Shown here in pieces: positions 8,288 through 16,210 of a stretch of 32,000 nt of DNA. Numbering within the stretch: the first letter of the stretch is position 1; every line of letters starts with the position of its first letter. The translations under genes were made by a program, and so were the position numbers. Source of the DNA: Alkalilimnicola ehrlichii MLHE-1 (GTDB taxonomy: Bacteria > Pseudomonadota > Gammaproteobacteria > Nitrococcales > Halorhodospiraceae); contig NC_008340.1 in assembly GCF_000014785.1 (NCBI RefSeq), forward strand, positions 1,380,001 to 1,412,000. Reading direction: 5' to 3'. The notes below the pieces were generated by a model, which saw nothing but the letters and a program-made list of their open reading frames with translations, had not been told where the DNA came from and did no database searches.

Positions 8288-10015
8288 ATGGCAGGCAAAG
8301 GGATTTCGATTCCGAGGCGATGGTTGTGGGCCGCGGCGGCCCTGCTGGTGCTACTGGTGCTTGTGCGCCACCTGCCACCGGCGGCCGGTGCCTGCAGCGG
8401 CGATTTCACACCGATTTACCAGGTCACCGGGGACGAACCGGGCGAGGCCCTCGATCCGGGGACGTCCGTCCGCGTGAAGGGCGCGGTTACGGGGGTCTTT
8501 CTGGACGACGGGGGCCTCGACGGCTTCTTCATCCAAGGCGAGGGCCCCGGCGACGGCCTGCCCAGCGGGGTGTTTGTCTATGCGCCGGGGCTGGCGCCGG
8601 AGGAGATGGCGCGGGTCCGTGCCGGCCGCCAGCTGGCCCTGCGGGCGCGCACCGGGCGCTGGCAGGGGCAGATCCAGCTTCAGCGCGTGCGGGCGTTAAA
8701 CGACTGCGGCGAGGCGGCGGAGTTGGCACCGCAGCCCGTTCGCTTCCCGCTGCATCGCCCGGAGCGGCGCTGGGCCGGCTTGTGGGTGCGGGTGGAGACC
8801 CCGATGACCGTCAGCGGCAGCCACGAACTGCAGCGTTACGGCAGCCTGCACCTGGCGGCCGACGGGCGTGCCTTCCGGCCCAGCAACTTTCTCGACCCCG
8901 ATGAGCGTCCGCCCGGCCGGCTGCGTTTGATCCTTGATGACGGTAGTCATTCGGTCTGGCCGGAGCCGGTGCCCTGGCTGGATGAGCGGGGGACCCGACG
9001 GGTCGGGACCCGGGTGGAGGGCCTGGAGGGGATATTGGCCGACACCTTCGGTGCCCTGCGACTGCACCCCACCCGCACGCCCCGGTTCGTCGACCAGAAC
9101 CCGCGTCCAGCCCCCCCGGAACGGGCCGGGGAGGGGCTGATCCGGGTGGCCGGTTTTAACGTGGAGAACTACTTCCTGACCCTCGGCGAGCGGGGGGCGG
9201 ACAGTGCGCGGGCCCTGGATCGCCAGCGCGCCCGCCTGCTTCCGGCGCTCGCGGCCCTGGACGCGGACATTGTCGGCCTGGTGGAGATGGAGAACGACCG
9301 CGCCGCGCTCGAGGACCTGGTTGCGGCGCTGAATGATCACCTGGGCGCCGACCGGTACCGGGCGGCGCCCGGCACACCGGACACCGGCAGCGACGAGATC
9401 AAGGTCTCGCTGATCTACCGCCCTGACCGGGTCGAACGGGTGGGCGGACCGCTCCGTGACCTGGAGCCCGTCCATCACCGGCCACCGGTCAAGGCGGCTT
9501 TCCGGCCGGCGGCGGGGGGCGCGCCCTTTGCCGTTGCCGTGGTCCACCACAAGGCCAAGGTGGGCTGCCCCGACAGCGACGACATCGACCGCGGCCAGGG
9601 CTGCTGGAACCTGCGCCGCCAGGCGCAGTCGGAAGCCCTGCTCGAGGCCATTGGCCGCTGGCGTGAGGATCGCGCGGACGACCTCCCCGTGCTCATCGTC
9701 GGCGACGTGAACGCCTATGGCGGTGAGGACCCGGTGCGCGCACTGCTGGCCGGTGGCAAGCGCGACCTGCTGGCGCGCCACCTGCCGCCGGAACGGCGCT
9801 ACACTTACGTCTTTCGCGGCGAGTCCGGCTACCTGGATCACGCCCTGGCCCCGCCACGGCTTGCAGACCGGGTGCAGGCCGCCGGCACCTGGGCCATCAA
9901 CGCCGATGAACCGCGGCTGCTGGAGTACGATGCGCGTGGTATCGAGCGGCGCTTCCGGCCCGGGCCCTGGCGCAGCTCGGATCACGACCCGGTTTGGGTG
10001 GACCTGCGGCCCTGA
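8288..10015 (+). CDS. ExeM/NucH-family extracellular endonuclease (endonuclease/exonuclease/phosphatase fold)
   Basis: Signal/anchor segment WLWAAAALLVLLVLV. Next come CSGDFTPIYQVTGDEPG...VRVKGAVTGVF...GFFIQ and PMTVSGSHELQRYGSLHLA, an OB-like N-terminal pattern of ExeM/NucH. The EEP core follows: IRVAGFNVENYF, IVGLVEMEND, VVHHKAK, LIVGDVNAY and SSDHDPVWVDL. Confidence 0.8.
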   Translation: MAGKGISIPRRWLWAAAALLVLLVLVRHLPPAAGACSGDFTPIYQVTGDEPGEALDPGTSVRVKGAVTGVFLDDGGLDGFFIQGEGPGDGLPSGVFVYAPGLAPEEMARVRAGRQLALRARTGRWQGQIQLQRVRALNDCGEAAELAPQPVRFPLHRPERRWAGLWVRVETPMTVSGSHELQRYGSLHLAADGRAFRPSNFLDPDERPPGRLRLILDDGSHSVWPEPVPWLDERGTRRVGTRVEGLEGILADTFGALRLHPTRTPRFVDQNPRPAPPERAGEGLIRVAGFNVENYFLTLGERGADSARALDRQRARLLPALAALDADIVGLVEMENDRAALEDLVAALNDHLGADRYRAAPGTPDTGSDEIKVSLIYRPDRVERVGGPLRDLEPVHHRPPVKAAFRPAAGGAPFAVAVVHHKAKVGCPDSDDIDRGQGCWNLRRQAQSEALLEAIGRWREDRADDLPVLIVGDVNAYGGEDPVRALLAGGKRDLLARHLPPERRYTYVFRGESGYLDHALAPPRLADRVQAAGTWAINADEPRLLEYDARGIERRFRPGPWRSSDHDPVWVDLRP

Positions 10016-10032
10016 CCGGACGGGCGCCGGCG

Positions 10033-11025
10033 CTACCAGCGCACGCTGAGGCTCAGTGACCCGTACTCGGCGTCCTCCGGTTGCCCCTTGAACTCCCGGG
10101 TGCGGTAGGCGTGGGTATAGGCGAGCCGGGCCCACCGGTTGGCCACCGCCAGGCCGACGGTGGCCTCGGCCACCCAGGGCTCGCGGCGTACGCTGCGGCT
10201 GCGTCGGTAAGTGTTGCCGTCCAGGAAGACATCACGGGCCCGGCCCTGGCCATCGATGCCAGTGAAGACATACCAGCCCCAACGTTCCGCGGGGACGAAC
10301 CGCATGGACCCGGGAAAGGCGGGCTGGATGCGCGGCGGCGAGAAGTCATTGGGCATGTGCCGACCGAGGCGCAGGGTCAGCCCGGTGCCGGCCAGGGTGA
10401 AGGGGGTGCCCAGGGCGAGCCCCAGGTGGCCGTTGAGGTCGGCGCCCCAGCCGTCGACCCGGGGCATCTCCCAGACGCGCTCGATCCGCTCGGCGCTCAC
10501 CATCAGGGTGGGTTCGTTGCGCAACTGGGTGTCCCAGCCCCGGGGCATGTCGGTGTCGATGAGCCGGTGCACCTCCTTCTGGGTGCGTTTCGCCAGCGAG
10601 GCCGGGCCAACCATCCCCACCGTGACCATCACCCGGGTCAGGCTGTCACTGCGCAACTGGCCCAGGCCCGTGCTGACGTTGAGCCAGCCGGCGTAGGGGC
10701 GGTCGTCCTCCGGCGGGTCCGGGTCGGTGATGTCCTTGGGGGTGTACATGTTCTGCCCCAGGGAGAAGCTGTAGCTTATCGGTTTTCCCGGATCGACCAG
10801 GCGGCTGCGTTCGCCCACCAGGGTGACCAGGTCGTAGAGGAGCCCCGGGCGGCCCGTGCGCATCCAGGTGGCGCGCACGCCATTGGTGTACCAGCGGTCA
10901 TCGCCGCCGAACAGATCGTTTTCGTACTCGAGGATCAGCGTGGTGTCCTCCGCGACCACCTGGCCGGGAAGGGCTATGCTTGCCGCTAGCAGGAGGCTAC
11001 TGAGCAGGGGGGCTATCGGGCGCAT
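10033..11025 (-). CDS. LpxR-family (DUF2219) outer-membrane lipid A deacylase-like protein
   Basis: Signal peptide MRPIAPLLSSLLLAASIALPG, then LEYENDLFGGDDRWYTNGVRATW and a C-terminal LAYTHAYRTREFKGQ...YGSLSLSVRW typical of the family. I chose the ATG at 11025 (start of the signal peptide) over the upstream ATG at 11091. Confidence 0.75.
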   Translation of the reverse strand: MRPIAPLLSSLLLAASIALPGQVVAEDTTLILEYENDLFGGDDRWYTNGVRATWMRTGRPGLLYDLVTLVGERSRLVDPGKPISYSFSLGQNMYTPKDITDPDPPEDDRPYAGWLNVSTGLGQLRSDSLTRVMVTVGMVGPASLAKRTQKEVHRLIDTDMPRGWDTQLRNEPTLMVSAERIERVWEMPRVDGWGADLNGHLGLALGTPFTLAGTGLTLRLGRHMPNDFSPPRIQPAFPGSMRFVPAERWGWYVFTGIDGQGRARDVFLDGNTYRRSRSVRREPWVAEATVGLAVANRWARLAYTHAYRTREFKGQPEDAEYGSLSLSVRW

Positions 11026-11137
11026 GAGGTCGTCTTTCCCTGGCAATTCCTGAGTCCCATTTTCGGGAACGGCTTGCGGTGGGTTTTGCAAGGTCCGTTA
11101 CAATAGCGCGTCAACTCACGAAAGCGGAGCACAACAC

Positions 11138-11536
11138 ATGAAGATCGTGAAACTGCAGGATATCATCGGTACCGAGCGCGAGGTCCACGGTGAGGGGTGG
11201 CGCAGCCGCCGGATCCTGCTGAAGAAGGACAAGATGGGCTTTTCTCTGCATGAGACCATCTGGCCCCCCGGTCACGAACTGCGCATGTGGTACAAGAACC
11301 ACCTGGAGGCGGTCTATTGCGTGGCCGGCAACGGCTCCATCGAGGACCTGGAGACTGGCGAGGTCCATGAGCTCTACGATGGCGTCTGCTACGCGCTGGA
11401 CAAGCACGACCGCCATATCCTGCGGGGTGGCACCGAGGAAATGCGGCTGGTCTGTGTCTTCAACCCGCCGGTGACCGGGTTGGAGGTCCACGACGAGGAC
11501 GGGGCTTACTGTCTGGTCGAGGACGACGACGACTGA
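11138..11536 (+). CDS. ectC: L-ectoine synthase
   Basis: [79 protein letters not shown] is the conserved cupin EctC sequence pattern. GGAG RBS upstream. On the opposite strand to ectAB. Confidence 0.95.
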   Translation: MKIVKLQDIIGTEREVHGEGWRSRRILLKKDKMGFSLHETIWPPGHELRMWYKNHLEAVYCVAGNGSIEDLETGEVHELYDGVCYALDKHDRHILRGGTEEMRLVCVFNPPVTGLEVHDEDGAYCLVEDDDD

Positions 11537-11564
11537 GGCCGTTTCCGGCGCGGTTCAGCGGTGC

Positions 11565-11604
11565 AAAAAAAACCGGCGCCGGTGGCAACACCGGCGCCGG
11601 TTTT
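11565..11604. terminator. bidirectional rho-independent terminator shared by ectC (+) and ectB (-)
   Basis: AAAAAAAA-CCGGCGCCGG-tggcaaca-CCGGCGCCGG-TTTT: a 10-bp GC stem flanked by an A-run on one side and a T-run on the other. It sits 29 nt after the ectC stop and 33 nt after the ectB stop. Confidence 0.8.
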
Positions 11605-11636
11605 CTCATGGGTGACACCCTGGGAGCACCCGGCGG

Positions 11637-12959
11637 CTACTGGCTGGAGGCGGCGTCGCGGTTCATGCCCAGCTCCTCCATGGCCGCCACCAGCGCCTGC
11701 TCGATGATCGCCAGGCCCTTCTCCAGGTCCTCGTCGGAGGTGACCAGCGGCGGCAGCAGCTTGAGCACCTCGTCGCGCGGCCCGGAGGTCTCGATGATCA
11801 GCTTGCGCTGGAAGGCGTGCTCGCTGATCTTCTCGGCCAGCTCGGCGTTATCGAAGGCGATGCCCTGCATCATCCCGCGGCCGCGGACCTGACCCGGGGC
11901 CTGCGGGTACTTTTTCAGCAGGCCGGCCAGGAACTCGCGCATCTTCTCGCCCTTGCGCAGGACCTCCTTCTGGAAGCTGTCGTCGCTCCAGAACAGTTCC
12001 AGTGCGCGCTTGGCCGTGACCACGGCGGGGTTGAAGCCGCGGAAGGTGCCGTTGTGCTCACCCGGCTCCCAGATGTCGTGCTCCGGCTTGACCAGCGTGA
12101 TGGACAGGGGCATGCCGTAGCCGCTGAGCGACTTGGAGACGGTGACGACGTCCGGCTTGATGCCGGACTCCTCGAAGCTGAAGTAGGACCCCGCGCGACC
12201 GTTGCCGGCCTGGATGTCGTCCACGATCAGTAGCATGTCGTACTTCTTGCACAGTGCTTCGACCTGGCGCATCCACTCCGCGCAGGCCACATTGAGGCCG
12301 CCCTCGCCCTGGATGGGCTCCATGATGATGGCCGCGGGGTGGTCCACGCCCGAACCCCCATCCTTGAGCATCCGGTCCAGGTAGTCGACGCAGTTGCGCT
12401 CGCTCCCGCCGCGGTTGACGCAGGGGCCGAAGTAGCCGCAGTAGGGCATGGTCTGGCCGTGGGTCAGCGGGATGCCGGCCCCCTTGCGCTTGAACTCGTT
12501 ACCCGTCACCGACAGCGAGCCCAGGGTCATGCCATGGAAGGCGTTGGTAAAGGAGATGACGTCCTCCCGGCCGGTGACCTTGCGCGCGATCTTCAGCGCG
12601 GTCTCGACGGCGTTGGTCCCGGTGGGCCCGGGGAACTGCACCCGGTAGTCCATGCCGCGCGGCTCCAGGATCAGGCGGTGGAAGGTATCCAGGAATTCGG
12701 CGCGGGCCTTGGAGGCCATATCCAGGCTGTGCGTGACGCCGTCGCGCTCGAGGTATTCGATCAGCGCCTTTTTGATCTCCGGGTGGTTGTGCCCGTAGTT
12801 CATGACGCTGGCGCCGGCGAAGAAGTCCAGGTAGGCCTCACCGTCCAGGTTATAGAGGTAGCTGCCCTTCGCAGTGTCGAACACGGTGGGGAAGCTGCGC
12901 ACGTAGGAACGGACGATGGACTCGTGTTCCTCGATCGTGTGCATATAATCGATAGTCAT
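11637..12959 (-). CDS. ectB: diaminobutyrate--2-oxoglutarate transaminase
   Basis: MTIDYMHTIEEHESIVRSYVRSFPTVFDTAKGSYLYNLDGEAYLDFFAGASVMNYGHNHP...ISFTNAFHGMTLGSLSVTGN...LIVDDIQAGNGRAGSYFSFE...VTVSKSLSG is a class III PLP aminotransferase of the EctB type. The ATG at 12959 is preceded by GAGGGA. The 116-codon upstream extension in the ORF track overlaps ectA and is rejected. Confidence 0.95.
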   Translation of the reverse strand: MTIDYMHTIEEHESIVRSYVRSFPTVFDTAKGSYLYNLDGEAYLDFFAGASVMNYGHNHPEIKKALIEYLERDGVTHSLDMASKARAEFLDTFHRLILEPRGMDYRVQFPGPTGTNAVETALKIARKVTGREDVISFTNAFHGMTLGSLSVTGNEFKRKGAGIPLTHGQTMPYCGYFGPCVNRGGSERNCVDYLDRMLKDGGSGVDHPAAIIMEPIQGEGGLNVACAEWMRQVEALCKKYDMLLIVDDIQAGNGRAGSYFSFEESGIKPDVVTVSKSLSGYGMPLSITLVKPEHDIWEPGEHNGTFRGFNPAVVTAKRALELFWSDDSFQKEVLRKGEKMREFLAGLLKKYPQAPGQVRGRGMMQGIAFDNAELAEKISEHAFQRKLIIETSGPRDEVLKLLPPLVTSDEDLEKGLAIIEQALVAAMEELGMNRDAASSQ

Positions 12960-13014
12960 GGTGATCCCTCTGTATGAATGAACCTTGGTTGTCGAGTGCC
13001 CGGCAGCTGCCGGC

Positions 13015-13560
13015 TCAGGCGATGCAGTCGCCGTAGCGCCGCCGGACCTCGTCCGGGTCGAGCGGGCCGATCCGGAAGAGCAGCTCCGCCTCGTGCCCCT
13101 GATCGGGGTGGAAGTGCTCTTCGGTGAAATGCGGGCTTTCGATGTTGTCCACGCCCAGCTCGCGCGCGATGGAGGCGAACAGCGCCCGGGAGGCCTCGTT
13201 GGAGGGCGAGATCGTGGTCTCCAGCAGCGTCGCGCCGCGGGCACCGGGGGCGGCCAGGAAGGCGCGGAGCAGCCGCTTGCCCAGGCCCTTGCCCCGGGCC
13301 GCCGCATCCACGCCCACCTGCCAGAGAAAAATGGAGTCGGGGCGCTTAGGCGGGCGATAACCGATGACGAAACCCACGATCTGGCCGTCCATCTCCGCCA
13401 CCACGCTGGTGTCCGCGAAGTCGGTGGCCATCAACAGGTAAAGATAGCTGGAGTTCAGGTCCAGCACCCCGGAGTCGCGCACCACGCGCCACATGGGGCC
13501 GCCGTCATCAACGGTGGGGGTGCGGATTACAATGCCGTCCGCCGCGTTCTTATCAGACAC
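13015..13560 (-). CDS. ectA: L-2,4-diaminobutyric acid acetyltransferase
   Basis: IVIRTPTVDDGGPMWRVVRDSGVLDLNSSYLYLLMATDFADTSVVAEMDGQIVGFVIGYRPP...LFLWQVGVDAAARGKGLGKRLL is the GNAT pattern of EctA, and the gene is directly upstream of ectB. I prefer the GTG at 13560 (RBS GAGGAGA 5 nt upstream). The ATG at 13659 would add 33 poorly coding-like residues. Confidence 0.88.
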   Translation of the reverse strand: MSDKNAADGIVIRTPTVDDGGPMWRVVRDSGVLDLNSSYLYLLMATDFADTSVVAEMDGQIVGFVIGYRPPKRPDSIFLWQVGVDAAARGKGLGKRLLRAFLAAPGARGATLLETTISPSNEASRALFASIARELGVDNIESPHFTEEHFHPDQGHEAELLFRIGPLDPDEVRRRYGDCIA

Positions 13561-13758
13561 GGGATTCTCCTCGCTGGCTAGCTGGATGCGTGACAGAGAG
13601 CGGGTGTGTGAATGCCCCAGGGCCGACGGGCGGTTTCCGGGCGGGCCCGGGCCGGGCATTCAAGGGATGAATCGGTGTGATTGTTGAGGCCGCCGGTGGT
13701 TGCCGGCTTATTCTGTAGGGCTCGCAAACCGAGTCCTCGTTGCTCCTTTAAGCCCTTC

Positions 13759-13787
13759 ATTCAAACATTCCGCTATAAGCAGGTCAA
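13759..13787 (-). promoter_or_regulatory. candidate sigma70-type promoter for ectAB (-35 TTGACC, 17-nt spacer, -10 TTGAAT on the minus strand)
   Basis: The minus strand reads TTGACC-TGCTTATAGCGGAATGT-TTGAAT. This would give a ~190-nt leader before the ectA GTG. It is a sequence match only, and the -10 is weak. Confidence 0.3.
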
Positions 13788-13854
13788 GCTGGGCGCCCCG
13801 GGGGCATGAATGGCGAAGGGCGCCGGCGTATACTGTCCGTCCTTATCACTATAG

Positions 13855-14559
13855 GTGGCGGTAGCGGTGATGGTGCAACGAATTCTGGCCCTGGATACGG
13901 CCACGGAGGCCTGCTCGGCGGCGCTGGCCGTGGGCGATGCGGTATTGGCGGACAGTGTCATCAGCCCCCGCGGCCATACCGCCCGGGTGCTGCCCATGGT
14001 CAAGGCCTTGTTGGCCGAGGCGGGCATCTCGCTGGCGGCATTGGACGGCCTGGCCTGGGGCTGCGGCCCGGGATCGTTCACCGGGTTGCGCATCGGGACC
14101 TCGGTGGTCCAGGGGCTGGCTCTGTCCCACGATCTGCCGGTGGCGCCGGTCTCGAACCTCGAGATGCTGGCCCAAGGGGGCTGGCGGGCGGTTGGCGCCG
14201 CCCGGGTGGTGGCCGCCCTCGATGCCCGGATGGGCGAGGTCTACTGGGCCGGCTACGAGATCGGTGAGGATGGGCTGATGCACCCGGTTGCCAGGGCCCG
14301 GGTCTGCGCTCCCGAGGCCACCCCCTGTGTGGTCCGCGGGGAGGGCTGGTGGGGTGTCGGCCGGGGGTGGGGGGCGTACGGTGACGCCCTGGCGCGCCAG
14401 CAGGGCGAGTTGGCCGGCACCCTGCCGGAGGCCGTGCCGTTGGCCCGTGACGCGCTGGCCCGGGCCCGCCAGGTGTTGCGGGATGGCGAGGGGGTTTCGG
14501 CGGAGCAGGCCCAGCCGGTCTACCTGCGCAACCGGGTGGCGGAGAAGCCGCGGGCCTGA
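13855..14559 (+). CDS. tsaB: tRNA threonylcarbamoyladenosine (t6A) biosynthesis protein TsaB
   Basis: ILALDTATEACSAALAVGD...GHTARVLPMVKALLAEAGISLAALDGLAWGCGPGSFTGLRIGTSVVQGLAL...PVAPVSNLEMLA is the YeaZ/TsaB pattern. The start is uncertain: GTG at 13855 or ATG at 13870. Confidence 0.85.
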   Translation: MAVAVMVQRILALDTATEACSAALAVGDAVLADSVISPRGHTARVLPMVKALLAEAGISLAALDGLAWGCGPGSFTGLRIGTSVVQGLALSHDLPVAPVSNLEMLAQGGWRAVGAARVVAALDARMGEVYWAGYEIGEDGLMHPVARARVCAPEATPCVVRGEGWWGVGRGWGAYGDALARQQGELAGTLPEAVPLARDALARARQVLRDGEGVSAEQAQPVYLRNRVAEKPRA

Positions 14560-14610
14560 ACCCGGCACCCGCAGTGGTCGTCCCGGCGACCGATGCCCGG
14601 GCGTGCGGCG

Positions 14611-15600
14611 TCAGGCCCGGGCCAGACAGGCCGCCAGGTCGTCGGCCAGGCGCTCCATCAGCTCGAACCAGGCGTCCGGGCCGGGTTCCAGGGTTGCGCC
14701 CAACGGGTCGAGGACGCCGGCCTCGGCCCCGGTGCCTTCCACCAGGGTGGTCACCAGGCTCGGGCGGAACTGTGGTTCGGCGAAGACGCAGCGGGCACCG
14801 GTATCACGGATGCGCTGGCGGAGTTCTGACAGCCGGCGGGCGCTGGGCTGGCGCTCCGGGCTCACCGTCACCGAACCCACCGGACTGAGGCCGTAATGCG
14901 CCTCGAAGTATTGGTAGGCGTCGTGGAAGACCAGATAGGGAAGCTCAGCCAGCGACGCCAGGCGTTCATGCAGTGACGCATCCAACCGCTCGATCCGCTC
15001 CAGGGTGGCGGCGGCGTTGGCGCGATAGGCCGCGCCGTTGTCCGGGTCGAGGACCGCCAGCCTCTCCGCCAGCGTGTCGATAAACTGGCGCGCGAAGGCC
15101 GGGGAAAGCCACAGGTGAGTGTCGTAGTCCCCGTGGTGGTCGTGGGGCTGGCCATGACCATGGTCATGGTGGTGGTCACTATGGCCGTGGCCATGGGGTT
15201 CGTGGCTGTGATCGTCGTGGTGGTGCGGGTCCCACAGCCCCCCCTCGCGGATCGGGTGCAGGGGGATACCGTCCAGCGCCAGCAGCGTCATCTTCTCCGC
15301 ATCACCGGCCAGGTTGCGCAGCGGCCGCTCCAGGAACCGCTCCAGTTCCGGGCCGACCCAGATGACCAGCTCGGCGTGACGCAGATGCTCTGCCTCCGAC
15401 GGCCGCAGGCTGTAGGTATGTGGCGAGGCGCCACCGGGGAGCAGCAGTTGCGGCTCGGCCACGCCGTCCATGACCGACGCCGTCAGGCTGTGCAGCGGCA
15501 ACAGGCTGGCGACCACCTTTGGCGGCTGCGCCAGGGCACCGATGCTTGTCGTGAGCCCCAGAAGGGCACAGCCAAGCAGGCCGAACAGTTTGCTTTTCAT
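14611..15600 (-). CDS. znuA: zinc ABC transporter substrate-binding protein ZnuA with His-rich loop
   Basis: Signal peptide, then KVVASLLPLHSLTASV...GASPHTYSLRPSE...HLWLSP...LVFHDAYQYFE...VFAEPQF is the cluster A-I SBP pattern. The loop DPHHHDDHSHEPHGHGHSDHHHDHGHGQPHDHHGDYDTH is encoded at 15115-15231. The gene is divergent from zur-znuCB across a Zur box. Confidence 0.92.
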   Translation of the reverse strand: MKSKLFGLLGCALLGLTTSIGALAQPPKVVASLLPLHSLTASVMDGVAEPQLLLPGGASPHTYSLRPSEAEHLRHAELVIWVGPELERFLERPLRNLAGDAEKMTLLALDGIPLHPIREGGLWDPHHHDDHSHEPHGHGHSDHHHDHGHGQPHDHHGDYDTHLWLSPAFARQFIDTLAERLAVLDPDNGAAYRANAAATLERIERLDASLHERLASLAELPYLVFHDAYQYFEAHYGLSPVGSVTVSPERQPSARRLSELRQRIRDTGARCVFAEPQFRPSLVTTLVEGTGAEAGVLDPLGATLEPGPDAWFELMERLADDLAACLARA

Positions 15601-15674
15601 GGGCTTGTCGGGGTTCCAATGGGGAGAGTGGGCCGCTCGGCGCCGGGGCGCCCGGGTTCCGTGAATCGGTTCAA

Positions 15675-15688
15675 AATGTTATAACATT
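15675..15688. promoter_or_regulatory. Zur box (perfect 14-bp palindrome AATGTTATAACATT) in the znuA / zur-znuCB divergent promoter region
   Basis: The perfect palindrome contains the TGTTAT/ATAACA half-sites of Fur-family Zur operators. It lies 34 nt from the zur ATG and 75 nt from the znuA ATG, in the only AT-rich patch of the 121-nt intergenic region, and overlaps TATAAC -10-like hexamers on both strands. Confidence 0.75.
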
Positions 15689-15721
15689 GCACACTGTGGA
15701 TGCAAAGCGGGACGTCATACC

Positions 15722-16210
15722 ATGAACGAGCCGGGGGTGGTCACCGATTTCCACGACCACGGCCATGACCATGCCGGGTGTCAGCAGGCGGCGCTGCGCC
15801 GGGCCGAGGCGGTCTGTAGGACGAGCGGGGCACGACTCACGCCCCTGCGGCGCCGGGTACTGGAGCTGATCTGGGCGAGCCATGAGCCGGTCAAGGCCTA
15901 CGAATTGCTGGCCCGGCTGCGGGAGGAGCGGGCCAGTGTGGCGCCGCCCACCGTCTACCGGGCCCTGGAGTTCCTGCTCGCGCAGCGGCTGATCCACCGG
16001 CTCGAGTCCCTTAACGCCTACCTGGGCTGCGGCGCCCCGGACCGGCCTCACGCCTGTCAGTTCCTGATCTGTGAGCGGTGCCAGGCGGTGGCGGAGTTGT
16101 CCGATGACGATATCAGTCGGCTCATTGAGCGCAAGGCGCGCGACCTGGGCTTCCAGATGGACCGGCAGACCATTGAACTGACTGGCGTGTGCCCCGCATG
16201 TTTGGCCTGA
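15722..16210 (+). CDS. zur: Fur-family zinc uptake regulator Zur
   Basis: RLTPLRRRVLELIWASHEPVKAYELLARLREE...APPTVYRALEFLLAQRLIHRLESLNAYLGC is a winged helix. Two Cys pairs are present (CQFLICERC and GVCPAC). The position between znuA and znuCB matches the Pseudomonas/Xanthomonas-type locus. Confidence 0.9.
   Translation: MNEPGVVTDFHDHGHDHAGCQQAALRRAEAVCRTSGARLTPLRRRVLELIWASHEPVKAYELLARLREERASVAPPTVYRALEFLLAQRLIHRLESLNAYLGCGAPDRPHACQFLICERCQAVAELSDDDISRLIERKARDLGFQMDRQTIELTGVCPACLA

Noticed and set aside
11074-11104. Candidate ectC promoter using TACAAT (11099-11104) with TTGCAA (11086-11091) or TTGCGG (11074-11079) as the -35.
   Set aside because: The spacers are 7 nt and 19 nt respectively, and neither fits a sigma70 promoter. 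A promoter must exist in 11026-11137, but I cannot place it from sequence.
12960-13307. N-terminal extensions of track ORFs: ectB to 13307, ABC ATPase to 21187, hisI to 21696, MlaF-like to 24103, permease to 20240, znuB from 16853.
   Set aside because: - The extensions overlap the upstream gene or intergenic DNA.
- They are Arg/Pro/Gly-rich and lie outside the conserved family N-termini.
- Internal ATG or GTG codons with good RBSs, or ATGA stop/start coupling, coincide with the family-typical N-termini.
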